Assembly: GCA_963710605.1 (NCBI GenBank)
Contig: CAVQBA010000007.1
Location: 1-64,000 of the forward strand
DNA length: 64,000 nucleotides
Reading direction: 5' to 3'
Source of the DNA: an uncultured cyanobacterium
Lineage (GTDB): Bacteria; Cyanobacteriota; Cyanobacteriia; Cyanobacteriales; Cyanobacteriaceae
A model generated the notes under the pieces. That model saw nothing but the letters and a program-made list of their open reading frames with translations, did no database searches and had not been told where the DNA came from. Position 1 is the first letter of the stretch; each line of letters starts with the position of its first letter. Shown piece by piece: positions 21,014 to 31,289 of the stretch. The translations under genes were made by a program, and so were the position numbers.

Positions 21014-21922
21014 ATGTTACATTTATCAAAAACAAAAATATTATCTCGTTTGGGTTTAATTTTCATTTTAAGTTTATCGATCGTTGCTTGTAATAATACT
21101 TCAACATCAACAACTAATAATGATTCTTCCTTAGCAACTTCAACAGAATCGGTAAGTCAAGTCAACCGAGTTATCGCCCTTACTTCTTTAAGTGCCGATA
21201 TTATCGATCGATTAGATTCAACTAAATTAGTCGGTGTAGCTGGAAGTCGTTTACTAAAAGCCGATCCACGTTTTCAAGATTTACCTGTAGTTAGTGAAGG
21301 GCGATCGCAACCCGATTTAGAAAAAATAGTCGCACTTAAACCAGATTTAGTTATCGGTGCAGATGGGTTTAGTGATGCTACTTTAACTAAATTAGAAGAG
21401 TTTGGTGTCAAAACTATCTCCACTAAAATTGATAGTTGGTCAGGATTACAAGAAAATATTCAAACCTTAGCTGAAGCGATCGATGCTAATCCAGAACCAT
21501 TAATACAAGAATATCAAAGTTTAATACCTGAAGATATCGAATCAGAACATTCTACTTTAGTTTTAGTCAGTCAGCAACCAATCCTCGCTCCCAATAAGGA
21601 TAGTTGGACGGGAGATTTATTAACTCAATTTAAAACCACGAATGTTGTTGGCGATTTACAATCTAATTCACAATTTGGTGGTTATGTGACTCTTTCTCCT
21701 GAAAAGGTACTAGAAACTAATCCTGATGTTATTATTATCGTCGATCCTGCTAATGAAGGTATTTTAGAAGAATTAAAAAATCAATCTTTTTGGGGTAATT
21801 TGGATGCCGTAAAAAACGATCGAATTTATGCTTTTGATTATTATGGGTTAGTTAATCCAGGTAGCACAGAAAAAATTAAGACTACTTTAGCTCAATTATC
21901 TGATATAAATAAACAGCAATAA
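21014..21922 (+). CDS. Iron-chelate ABC transporter periplasmic binding lipoprotein (FecB-like)
   Basis: Lipobox IVAC; PDLEKIVALKPDLVI; LDAVKNDRIY. Confidence 0.9.
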   Translation: MLHLSKTKILSRLGLIFILSLSIVACNNTSTSTTNNDSSLATSTESVSQVNRVIALTSLSADIIDRLDSTKLVGVAGSRLLKADPRFQDLPVVSEGRSQPDLEKIVALKPDLVIGADGFSDATLTKLEEFGVKTISTKIDSWSGLQENIQTLAEAIDANPEPLIQEYQSLIPEDIESEHSTLVLVSQQPILAPNKDSWTGDLLTQFKTTNVVGDLQSNSQFGGYVTLSPEKVLETNPDVIIIVDPANEGILEELKNQSFWGNLDAVKNDRIYAFDYYGLVNPGSTEKIKTTLAQLSDINKQQ

Positions 21923-22826
21923 ATTTATGTAGCAACAAATGGGTTGCTTAAGACATTTTGATTAAGTTTCCCCCTTTATTTAAGGAAGATGAAAATAAGT
22001 TCGATACTATCTTGAGTATTATTATAGGGCGAATAATAGTTATTCAAAAAGACTATTACTTCTGTCTCATATTTTTTCCTAACTGACTAACTGATAATGA
22101 AAATATGTTTACTTCTTCAAAAGAAGCACCTCTTATTGTGACAATTTTTTTAATTTTAACTCCATTACAGACTTCGTTGAGAACATTATTTGTTATCAGT
22201 ATTTCTTGAAAAGAAAATTATTTTGCAATAACTTTATCTGTCTAATTTTTAATCAAAGAATTTATTTATTAACACTAAAAACAACTTTATTTTACGAATA
22301 AATACTTCTAATTTTAGGTAAGATTCATAAATATATATAAGTTTTTTAACTTCATATATAGCACTGTTTAAAATATTTAATTCTTTAAGTGATAGTACAA
22401 TATCGGCTTTTTTTTTAGTACAATTAATAATTTTTATCTCAAGTAAATTAATTATAAATACTAGTAGAATGGACAATAGCAACGATCGATTACAAGTTTC
22501 AACACATTTATTCATAACTTAGCCGTAACCAATGATTGATAATATTAGATTGTAGTTAAGATATTTGTACTTCGGGTTTTAGTTGTTGGGTTTCGCTTTT
22601 TTATCTATTATTACCAAAAAATCAAGGGTTTAAAGCCCCGAATCTCCCCCCTTACAAAGGGGGGATGGGGGGGATACTCCATTGATAGGCGTAAGCAATT
22701 TTAATGGTAGTTCAAGCTATTTTTAAAATTACCTTTGCCCTTTTGACTCTGTTGGTTATTTTAAGACTCAACCTAACCGACAATTTAATGTATAGTAAAA
22801 ATAAGACAAAAAACTATTGTTTTAAA

Positions 22827-25376
22827 CTACTCAATTCTTAAAGGATTAGGATCGATTACTAAAGAAAACGATCGAGGACAACTATCTTTTATCTCTAATA
22901 ATTTATCCTTAATTTCTAAACTAAATTCCTGAGGAGACTTAAGTAAAATTTGCCAACGATAACGTCTAGCTACACGCATAATATTAGCAGGTGCAGGTCC
23001 TAATATTTCAATTTCTTCTGGTAATAAATTAGCACATTTTTCCGCTACCATTTCCGCTCCCAAACGAACTTGCTCGCCATCGATACCACTAAAACGAAGT
23101 AAGATAATATGACCGTAAGGAGGATAACCCAAACTTTCTCGATCGATCAACTCTTGTTGTACAAAACTCAAGTAATCATGATGTTCGACAGTTTTAATCA
23201 CAGAATGCTCAGGGGAATAAGTTTGAATAATTACCTGCCCCGCATCATCACCTCTTCCTGCTCTACCCGCTACTTGAGTTAAGGTTTGAAATGCTCTTTC
23301 ACTCGATCGATAATCAGAATGAAATAACAAACCATCGGCAGAAACTACCCCGACTAAAGTAACATTCGCTAAATCGATACCTTTAGTTAGCATTTGCGTA
23401 CCAATTAAAATATCCGCTTTTTTATCCGCAAAATCAGTTAATATCTGGCGATGAGCATTTTTGTTTCTGGTTGTATCACTATCAAAACGCAGTATTTTGA
23501 AATCGGGAAACTCCTTCTCTAATTGCAATACAACTTTTTGCGTACCTGTACCAAAAAACTTGAGATAAGGCGAAAAACAATCAGGACATTTTTGTGGATG
23601 TATCTCAGTATGGTTGCAATAATGACAACGTAATAATTCGGTCGCTCCTTCGTGAGTGTAATGATAAGACAAAGAGACATCACAATCAGGGCATTCCATT
23701 ACATAACCACAACTACGACAAGAGACAAAAGTGCTATGTCCTCGACGAGAAATAAATAAGATGGCTTGTTTGCCTGTTTCTTTGAGTTTACTTAAAGCAT
23801 TGTGAAGAGAATCGCTAAAAATACTACGATTACCTTTTCTTAATTCCTGTCGCATATCGACAATCTCTACAGGCGGTAAAGGACGTTTATAAATACGATC
23901 GGGTAATGATAAATAATAATGAGGATGGGAGTCTAATAAAAAATCAGGACTATCTATCGGTTTGTTTTGTGTCGCTGTGAGCCATGTTTCAAGAGAGGGT
24001 GTAGCCGAACCAAAAACGATCGGGCAATTTTCTGATTCTCCTCGCCAGATAGCTAATTGATTGGCGTGATAGGTGGGAGTCGGTTGTTGTTGTTTAAAAC
24101 TAGCATCGTGTTCTTCATCTAAAATAATAATTCCCAGGTTGGGAAGGGGGGCGAAGATAGCACTTCTAGTACCAATAACTACTTGAGGCTCACCTACTAG
24201 CATTTGTCGCCATGTGTCATATCTTTCACCGTCGCTTAAACCACTATGATAAACACAGACTTGTTGTCCGAATCTAGCTAAAAATCGATCGGTTAATTGT
24301 GGTGTTAAACCAATTTCGGGTACTAAAACTAAGGCGGATTTTTTTTGTTTTAAGATAGGTTCGATCGCTTGTAAATATACTTCTGTTTTACCCGAACCTG
24401 TGATACCATGTAATAATACTGTAGCGAAGCAATGTAAACTATTGATAATTTCTAAGGCATTATTTTGTGCTTTTGTCAATTGTTTGGGTTTATCTTTGGC
24501 TGAAGATAAATTGTCGGCTAAAAGTCGTAGAGTTTCTCTTTCTTGAATCACCACACAACCTTTATCGGCTAAAGTATTGACAGTAGAGTTACCTGATAAT
24601 TCGCTCAACGCCACTAATTCAGACATTGGTAATTCGCCACCACGATTTTTTAGAACAGTTAAAACATCTCTTTGTTTTGTGCTTAACTTATTTTCGGTAT
24701 TTTCAGTTAAGAAAGTGACTACTTTAGTATATTTTGGACGAGCTTTGGTGGGGGGTTGTAAATATGTTTCTAACCAACCTTTTTGGACTAACTGAGAAAT
24801 TGCCCTTCTGCCATTGCGAACTTTTTGACTGATATATTTAGTGGAGTAATCTTGCGATTTGCTTTTTTGTAATAATCTCATCACCTGTATTTGGGTAACT
24901 GAGCAAAAATTTTCGATCTCTTCCGGAATTTTATCGGCTAGTAATTTGACTCTAGTTTGCGATTTACCTAATAGTTTTGGTGGCAAAGCGGCTTTAACAA
25001 CAGTCATTAAATCGGTGAGGTAATATTCGCTAGTTAGTTGTAATAGATGCCAATAGTTAGGCGGAAAAAGTTGGGTGACAACTATGTCTTCGATTTCTTT
25101 AATTTTGTCGGGAGGTAAATGAGTCGGAGTTTCTGAGGAGAGTTTTATGATAATACCGCCCACGATCGATCGACCAAAAGGTACACTGACTATATCACCT
25201 ACTGTGGGATTTTGTTCTGGTTTAATTTTGTAAGTATATAATCCTTCTGAGTCATAACAATCTACTAATACTTCTGCCCATTGAGACGAGGGTGTCGAGT
25301 AAGGTTCGTACAATGCGATCGGTTCGGCGACTTTCATGACTTTATCTTCATTAAAGTTATTCTTTAGTTTAACCAA
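22827..25376 (-). CDS. priA: Primosomal protein N' (PriA)
   Basis: GITGSGKTEVY, LVPEIGLTPQ, DEEHD, Cys-rich zinc region, QVAGRAGR. Start may be the internal Met (MKVAEP). Confidence 0.96.
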   Translation of the reverse strand: MVKLKNNFNEDKVMKVAEPIALYEPYSTPSSQWAEVLVDCYDSEGLYTYKIKPEQNPTVGDIVSVPFGRSIVGGIIIKLSSETPTHLPPDKIKEIEDIVVTQLFPPNYWHLLQLTSEYYLTDLMTVVKAALPPKLLGKSQTRVKLLADKIPEEIENFCSVTQIQVMRLLQKSKSQDYSTKYISQKVRNGRRAISQLVQKGWLETYLQPPTKARPKYTKVVTFLTENTENKLSTKQRDVLTVLKNRGGELPMSELVALSELSGNSTVNTLADKGCVVIQERETLRLLADNLSSAKDKPKQLTKAQNNALEIINSLHCFATVLLHGITGSGKTEVYLQAIEPILKQKKSALVLVPEIGLTPQLTDRFLARFGQQVCVYHSGLSDGERYDTWRQMLVGEPQVVIGTRSAIFAPLPNLGIIILDEEHDASFKQQQPTPTYHANQLAIWRGESENCPIVFGSATPSLETWLTATQNKPIDSPDFLLDSHPHYYLSLPDRIYKRPLPPVEIVDMRQELRKGNRSIFSDSLHNALSKLKETGKQAILFISRRGHSTFVSCRSCGYVMECPDCDVSLSYHYTHEGATELLRCHYCNHTEIHPQKCPDCFSPYLKFFGTGTQKVVLQLEKEFPDFKILRFDSDTTRNKNAHRQILTDFADKKADILIGTQMLTKGIDLANVTLVGVVSADGLLFHSDYRSSERAFQTLTQVAGRAGRGDDAGQVIIQTYSPEHSVIKTVEHHDYLSFVQQELIDRESLGYPPYGHIILLRFSGIDGEQVRLGAEMVAEKCANLLPEEIEILGPAPANIMRVARRYRWQILLKSPQEFSLEIKDKLLEIKDSCPRSFSLVIDPNPLRIE

Positions 25377-25428
25377 AAAAAGCAGTCAATAATGAATAAT
25401 TAATAATTAATAACTGTTTTGGTAACAA

Positions 25429-25522
25429 CGATCGTTTTCATGGCGATAATATGCGCACAGCATCTAGTAATACCATAGTGTTCGGGACGAAAATGACCCT
25501 TAATGAATTACTTGCTAATAAT
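25429..25522. repeat. Dispersed ~94 bp repeat (family A), left copy flanking the toxin-antitoxin module
   Basis: CGATCGTTTT...CATCTAGTAATACCATAGTGTTCG...TAATGAATTACTTGCTAA, repeated at 26950-27042. Confidence 0.8.
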
Positions 25523-25695
25523 CTAAACCCGCCTTGGGTATAAATTGACAAGGCTCATAGATACCGTTTAATAAATTAAACTCAAAGAAAATATGATCAA
25601 ATTGCCTCATTCTTATTTTAATTAACTATAAGCTATGAAAATCGTTCATAAACTTGTTACCCCGATAAGGATAATGAATCAGTGAACAAAGAATA

Positions 25696-25788
25696 TATAG
25701 CAGAGAACGAGTTGATTAAAACATGAGATAAGAACGAAAGCTCTACCATATAAAGATTTTACCTTTGCACGAGTGCCCGAGTGCTATA
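25696..25788. mobile_element. Short MITE-like element
   Basis: TATAGCA...TGCTATA termini; related copy at 4715-4799. Confidence 0.5.
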
Positions 25789-25830
25789 GTAACTCTAAGG
25801 AATTGGTTTACTACTCACAATCAATATAAT

Positions 25831-26344
25831 CTAGTGAAAAAATATTGTTCGTAAAATTGTAGCTGTATGAATTAATCTTTGATTAGTAAGATTTTGTAAA
25901 TACCTTTCTATGGTTAAAGGAGGATTTTTTAAGCTCTTTCGATGTTGATTAACAGCATCAATGACTTTACTTTCATTCATATCGATTAACTCTAAAATAA
26001 AGCGATCGGGTGAGATTGCTACAAGTTCATAATTTTTAAGAATAGATAGAGGAAAATCTTTGAGATTAAAGGTGATTATTAAATCTGCTCGACAATGAAT
26101 TGCTGTAGCTAAAACATGGAGATCGTCTGGGTCTGGAAGTGTTAAACTAGGAATCAAATATTCATAGCCAGTAATATTAGCATCAAATACACTTTGATTC
26201 ATCAGTTGTTTAGTACGATTTAGTTGAGAACTAGTTAAATCAGGACGATTTGCTAAAACATTTCTAATCCATTCTTGATGAATTTTTTCGCTCCATTTTG
26301 CCTGAAATAAATCAGTAAGTGCTAACCACAGTTAACTTAGTCAC
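25831..26344 (-). pseudogene. PIN-domain toxin with N-terminal deletion and frameshift
   Basis: GTG 26344 gives VTKLTVV, which jumps out of frame into LWLALTDLFQAKWSEKIHQEW...LPDPDDLHVLATAI...IITFNLKDFP. Confidence 0.8.
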
Positions 26345-26347
26345 AGT

Positions 26348-26785
26348 CTATTCGTATCCCATATTTAATTCTTGTGCTTGAGCGACTAATTCTGTCAATA
26401 CCGTTTTTCTTTGAGTATCTGTCTTCTCTTTGTAAGCCATAACATCGCTTGATAAGATTCGCCGACGAACACCCACCTTACGGAAAGGAATTTTACCAGA
26501 TTCAAGTAAGTTTACTAAATATGGACGAGAAACGTTAAGAATTTCCGCTGCTTCACTAGTAGTTAACTCTTGTTTAATCGGTATCATTTTTACCTTATTT
26601 GCTTGAGCAATATGGTTAAGAATTTCCGCTAACTGAGGTAAAATTGAGATAGGTAGCGTAATAGTTTCCTTGCCATCGAGCTTCAATTCACAGGTTGTAC
26701 TTTTAGGTGAATAGCAAGCTAGTAACCTGCTGGCTTTCAGTGCAAGTTCTTTTTCTTGAAGGTTTTGAGTTGTTGAGATAGTCAT
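26348..26785 (-). CDS. Excisionase-like helix-turn-helix protein (antitoxin partner of the PIN toxin)
   Basis: ELTTSEAAEILNVSRPYLVNLLESGKIPFRKVG; C-terminal AQELNMGY; directly upstream of the PIN gene. Confidence 0.88.
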   Translation of the reverse strand: MTISTTQNLQEKELALKASRLLACYSPKSTTCELKLDGKETITLPISILPQLAEILNHIAQANKVKMIPIKQELTTSEAAEILNVSRPYLVNLLESGKIPFRKVGVRRRILSSDVMAYKEKTDTQRKTVLTELVAQAQELNMGYE

Positions 26786-26949
26786 AATAATTAGCTCGTC
26801 ATAGTTATTATTATCTAACTCTCATTATAAAAGAAATAAACGAAAAATTTTCCCTAGTGTATTTGATGCGAAAAGTATCTCGTTTGAGGTTAAACACGAT
26901 GATGGTTGATAGTTGATAGTTGATAGTTAGTGAAAGTTTGACTAAAATG

Positions 26950-27042
26950 CGATCGTTTTATGGTAATAATATGGGTAATCATCTAGTAATACTATAGTGT
27001 TCGAGGCGAAAACGATGCTTAATGAATTACTTGCTAACAATT
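26950..27042. repeat. Dispersed ~94 bp repeat (family A), right copy flanking the toxin-antitoxin module
   Basis: Direct repeat of 25429-25522. Confidence 0.8.
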
Positions 27043-27190
27043 TAACTTATCTTTAATCGCAGTAACAATGTAAACATAGTGTTTGATATAATAATTTAAT
27101 TAATAATAGAGAACTAGTAAATATTACTTCATCTTTGATTTTTATTGATGAACTAATACTTTTTACGAATTACTTTTTACCTTTTAAGTT

Positions 27191-29116
27191 ATGTCAGTTG
27201 AATATCCACATTCGGTAGTAGTCGATCGTTTTTTATTATCAGAAACAATCGAAAAAGCTCAAAACTATCTTTTTTCATTACAACAAGAAGATGGACATTG
27301 GTGTGCTTATTTAGAGTCTAATGTGACAATTACGGCTGAAGCGGTTTTGTTATACAAAATTTGGGGGATAGATAACTATAAACCATTACATAAAATAGAG
27401 CATTATCTACGATCGCAACAAAGAAATCATGGTGGTTGGGAATTATACTATAACGATGGTGGCGATTTAAGCACTTCGGTTGAAGCTTATATGGCACTAA
27501 GATTATTAGGTGTCAGTATTGAAGATGAAGCACTTATCAAAGCCCGTAATTTTATTTTAGGTGCGGGGGGAATTAGTAAAACACGTATCTTCACCAAACT
27601 TCATCTTGCTTTAATTGGTTGTTACGACTGGCGAGGAATACCTTCAATTCCTGCTTGGGTAATGTTATTGCCAGAAAATCCTTTGTTTAGTATCTACGAA
27701 ATGTCGAGTTGGGCAAGGGGTAGCACTGTACCTTTATTGATTGTATTCGATCGTAAACCAGTTTTTGAAGTTTCTCCACAAATTACTTTAACCGAATTAT
27801 ATACAGAAGGTATTAATCAGGTTAAATACGAGTTACCTACCGCAGGAGATTGGACGGATATATTTGTAGGCTTAGATAATGTTTTTAAAATAGCCGAAGA
27901 TTGGAATTTAGTGCCTTTAAGGGAAGAAGGATTAAAAACAGCCGAAAAATGGATTGTAGAAAGACAAGAAGCGACTGGAGATTGGGGTGGTATTATTCCT
28001 GCGATGCTTAATTCTCTTTTAGCATTAAAAACTCTAGATTACCATGTAAACGATCCGATCGCCGCTAGAGGATTACAAGCGGTTGAAAATTTTGCCATCG
28101 AAACACATGATGATTATTTAGTACAAGCCTGTATTTCTCCTGTTTGGGATACGGCATGGAGTTTACGGGCGTTAGTTGAGTCTGGTGTTTCCCCTAATCA
28201 TCCTCGTTTGGTGCAAGGAGGAGAATGGTTATTACAAAAGCAAGTTTTGGATTACGGCGATTGGCAAGAAAAAAATAAAACAGGTTTGCCAGGTGGTTGG
28301 GCATTTGAATACGAAAATCGTTTTTATCCTGATATGGATGATTCGGCGGTGATAGTCATGACTTTAAACCAATTAAATTTGCCTGATGAGAAATTGAAAC
28401 GAGAAGCCATCTTACGTTGTTTGCGTTGGATAGAATCGATGCAATGTGTTAATAATGGTTGGGCGGCGTTTGATATTAATAATGACGCTGATTGGCTTAA
28501 TCTTCTCCCTTATGCTGATTTAAAAGCGATGATTGATCCTGCAACTGCCGATATTACTGCTAGAGTATTAGAAATGGTAGGTAGTTGTGATTTGTCGATG
28601 AGTTCGATTAAAATACAAAATGCGATCGTTTATTTAATTAATGAGCAAGAAGAAGATGGTAGTTGGTTTGGTCGTTGGGGAGTAAACTATATTTATGGCA
28701 CGTCGTCGGTTTTATCAGCATTAGCCATAATCGCCCCCCAAACTCATCAAGCCCAAATGAAGAAAGGGATAGATTGGTTAGTCAGTTGTCAAAATGTAGA
28801 TGGTGGTTGGGGAGAAACTTGCGAGAGTTATAAAGATAAGGCTTTAAAAGGTAAGGGCGTTTCTACTCCTTCGCAAACGGCATGGGCGTTAATTGGCTTA
28901 ATTGATGCAGGAAGTACGATCGATTATTATATGACTGATATTATTAATAAAGGTATTAATCATTTAATTGAAACACAAACTGAAGATGGCACATGGCAGG
29001 AAAAAGAATTTACAGGCACAGGTTTTCCCCAACACTTTTTTATCAACTATCATCTTTATCGTCATTATTTCCCTCTTATCGCTTTAGGTAGAAAACAATT
29101 AGTAATTAGTAATTAG
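27191..29116 (+). CDS. shc: Squalene-hopene cyclase
   Basis: DxDD motif (YPDMDDSA), QW repeats, GTGFP, FPLIALG. Confidence 0.96.
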   Translation: MSVEYPHSVVVDRFLLSETIEKAQNYLFSLQQEDGHWCAYLESNVTITAEAVLLYKIWGIDNYKPLHKIEHYLRSQQRNHGGWELYYNDGGDLSTSVEAYMALRLLGVSIEDEALIKARNFILGAGGISKTRIFTKLHLALIGCYDWRGIPSIPAWVMLLPENPLFSIYEMSSWARGSTVPLLIVFDRKPVFEVSPQITLTELYTEGINQVKYELPTAGDWTDIFVGLDNVFKIAEDWNLVPLREEGLKTAEKWIVERQEATGDWGGIIPAMLNSLLALKTLDYHVNDPIAARGLQAVENFAIETHDDYLVQACISPVWDTAWSLRALVESGVSPNHPRLVQGGEWLLQKQVLDYGDWQEKNKTGLPGGWAFEYENRFYPDMDDSAVIVMTLNQLNLPDEKLKREAILRCLRWIESMQCVNNGWAAFDINNDADWLNLLPYADLKAMIDPATADITARVLEMVGSCDLSMSSIKIQNAIVYLINEQEEDGSWFGRWGVNYIYGTSSVLSALAIIAPQTHQAQMKKGIDWLVSCQNVDGGWGETCESYKDKALKGKGVSTPSQTAWALIGLIDAGSTIDYYMTDIINKGINHLIETQTEDGTWQEKEFTGTGFPQHFFINYHLYRHYFPLIALGRKQLVISN

Positions 29117-29220
29117 TAATTAGTAATTGGTACGAACACTATGGTATTACTAGATGATTACGTATCTTAATAGCAATTGAGGATTGAGGATTAATGCAGT
29201 TAAAACGATCGATTTAGATA

Positions 29221-29376
29221 TATAGTTGTTTGAATTAAGTTCGAGACAGTATATAAAAAAAAAAGAAGATGAAAACCGCCTTGCAATAAATTGACAAGGC
29301 TAATAGATACCGTTTAATAAATTAAACTCAATAAAAATATTTTCAAATGCCCTCATTATTATTTTAATTAACTATA
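29221..29376 (+). mobile_element. MITE flanked by a TA duplication
   Basis: TA-TAGTTGTTTGAATTAAG...TTAATTAACTA-TA; empty equivalent site at 29520. Confidence 0.8.
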
Positions 29377-29663
29377 ACCATCATAATAATAACAACGATC
29401 GTTACAACCATAAAAAAATGATTTTCGTTTTGAACACTATCGTATTACTAGATGATTACACATATTATCGTTTTTTTGAGGATTCAGGGTTAATATACTT
29501 AAAACGATCGATTTATACATAACCACCATAATAATAACAACGATCGTCACAACCATAAAAAAATGATTTTCGTTGCGAACACTATCGTATTACTAGATGA
29601 TTACGAATATTATTGCTAATTAAGAATTGAGGATTAATGCAGTTAAAACGATCGATTTAGATC

Positions 29664-29822
29664 TATAGTCGTTTAAAATAACGATGAGACAATTTTTGAG
29701 ATGAATTTGAGTTTAATTGATTAAACGGTATCTATTAGCCTTGTAATTCATTGCAAGGTGAGATAAAAACGTAAGTTTTAAAGATAATTAATACTGTCTC
29801 AGTCCTAATTAAAATTACTATA
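29664..29822 (-). mobile_element. MITE of the same family, opposite orientation, TA duplication
   Basis: TA-TAGTCGTTTAAAATAACGATGAGACA...TGTCTCAGTCCTAATTAAAATTACTA-TA; core is the reverse complement of the 29275 core. Confidence 0.8.
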
Positions 29823-29977
29823 ACCATCATAATGATAACAATGATCGTCACAACCACAAAAAAGTGGTTTTTGCCCCGAACACTATCGTATTACTAGATG
29901 ATTACGTATATTAGGAAAACTCTCACTAACTTTTAACTTTTAACTTTCAACTGTTAAATCATTTTCATCAATAAATT

Positions 29978-30877
29978 TCAAGGTAAATTCGATTTTAAAC
30001 TATAAACTGTTTTAGTTTCAACTTCAGTATTAAGTTCATCTATTATACTTTCTAATTGTGATTGTATATCTTTGGTTAAATTGATTGTAAAATCTAAATT
30101 AAGGTTACGATCGTTTGCTAGTTTTATTATTTCACTAATTTTAGTTGTCACAGTTTTTCTTTGATAAGAAGTAAGTTTTAATACAGGATTTTCTTGCTTA
30201 TTTTGTGCTAGCATAGCCTCTTTTATTCTCTTTTCTAATTCTTCTTTTTCTGAGTCTAAATATCTCCACCTGTTTTCTATTTCTTGGTATCTAGCTGATA
30301 AGTTATCTATATTTTCTTGTTGAGGATTATAACTACATTGATGTTTTAATTCAATTAGTTTATGATAAACTTGAGCTAAATAAACACAATCCATTTTAGC
30401 GTAATCGAGTTGTTTTTCACTTAAAGGTCTTACTCCCCAATCACTACCTTGCTCTTCTTTATCTAATTCTTTAAATTGAGTTAAATATTCAGTCAAAACT
30501 TTAAGGCTATATTTAGTTACTGGTAAAAGATAAAATGGTATTTTTCTAGCACATTCTAAAGTACAAAAAACATTTTCAGTTTGCTTTTTACCAAGTAATC
30601 TTAAATCATATTTAGCATTATGAAAAACTTTAATTATTCGCTCATTATTCATGATTTTTTCGATAAAGAAACTGATCAAATCATCATTATCTAAAACGTC
30701 AAAAATATAAGTTCGATCGCCATCAAGGTTATCAGGATAAGCTAAAACTTGAATTAAAGATAAACGAGGCTTTTTGGTTTTATAATCAGCTACTTCTGTA
30801 TCTAACCACAAAATTTCTGTGTCTATAAGATCAAGAATGCTATTTTTTATTTGTTCTGTATCGGTCAAATAAATCAT
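29978..30877 (-). CDS. RNase D-like DEDDy 3'-5' exonuclease with C-terminal extension
   Basis: WLDTE, KVFHNAKYDL, SDWG.RPL...QLDYAKMD. Confidence 0.88.
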   Translation of the reverse strand: MIYLTDTEQIKNSILDLIDTEILWLDTEVADYKTKKPRLSLIQVLAYPDNLDGDRTYIFDVLDNDDLISFFIEKIMNNERIIKVFHNAKYDLRLLGKKQTENVFCTLECARKIPFYLLPVTKYSLKVLTEYLTQFKELDKEEQGSDWGVRPLSEKQLDYAKMDCVYLAQVYHKLIELKHQCSYNPQQENIDNLSARYQEIENRWRYLDSEKEELEKRIKEAMLAQNKQENPVLKLTSYQRKTVTTKISEIIKLANDRNLNLDFTINLTKDIQSQLESIIDELNTEVETKTVYSLKSNLP

Positions 30878-31104
30878 TGTTTTAAAGCACGATTTTTTAA
30901 TTAATTATAAACTGATAAAAAAATTTATTAAACTTAATTATATCTAATTCTGACACGTTTAGGTACAATTGTATTGATTAATAACCTCAAGGGTAGTAAT
31001 TGATATCGATCGATATAATTTGTGTAGTAGTTAGTATTTGAAGTGGTTTACTCGTAATATTACTATTAAAATACCCCAAAAAACTTTGTCGATCGAATCA
31101 TAAG

Positions 31105-31235
31105 TAAGTAGCCCCAATTAATTAAACGTCAGCAAGATTAAGTTAGTAGTATGGGCTTAATCCCTTATCTGAATAGCTTTTTAGCCCCCTAAAGAGGTAA
31201 TTACAAACTTTCTTTTATTTAGGTTGAGCTACTTA
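31105..31235. mobile_element. MITE-like element
   Basis: TAAGTAGC...GCTACTTA termini, similar to 48-178. Confidence 0.5.
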
Positions 31236-31289
31236 TTTAAGTAAAATTAATTGTGTACTTTATTTATAGAGATTCGATCGATTAAATAA

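Larger units (their letters stand above)
29133..29912. repeat. Tandem array of ~145 bp family-A units interrupted by two MITE insertions
   Basis: Core GAACACTAT(C/G)GTATTACTAGATGATTAC at about 29134, 29432, 29577 and 29878. Confidence 0.85.

Noticed and set aside
25440-25460. dif/Xer-like site within repeat family A
   Set aside because: Only partial resemblance (GTGCGCATA) in one copy; not conserved in the other copies.
29133-29912. CRISPR array
   Set aside because: Units are ~145 bp, the intervening sequences are themselves repeated rather than unique spacers, and no cas genes are present.
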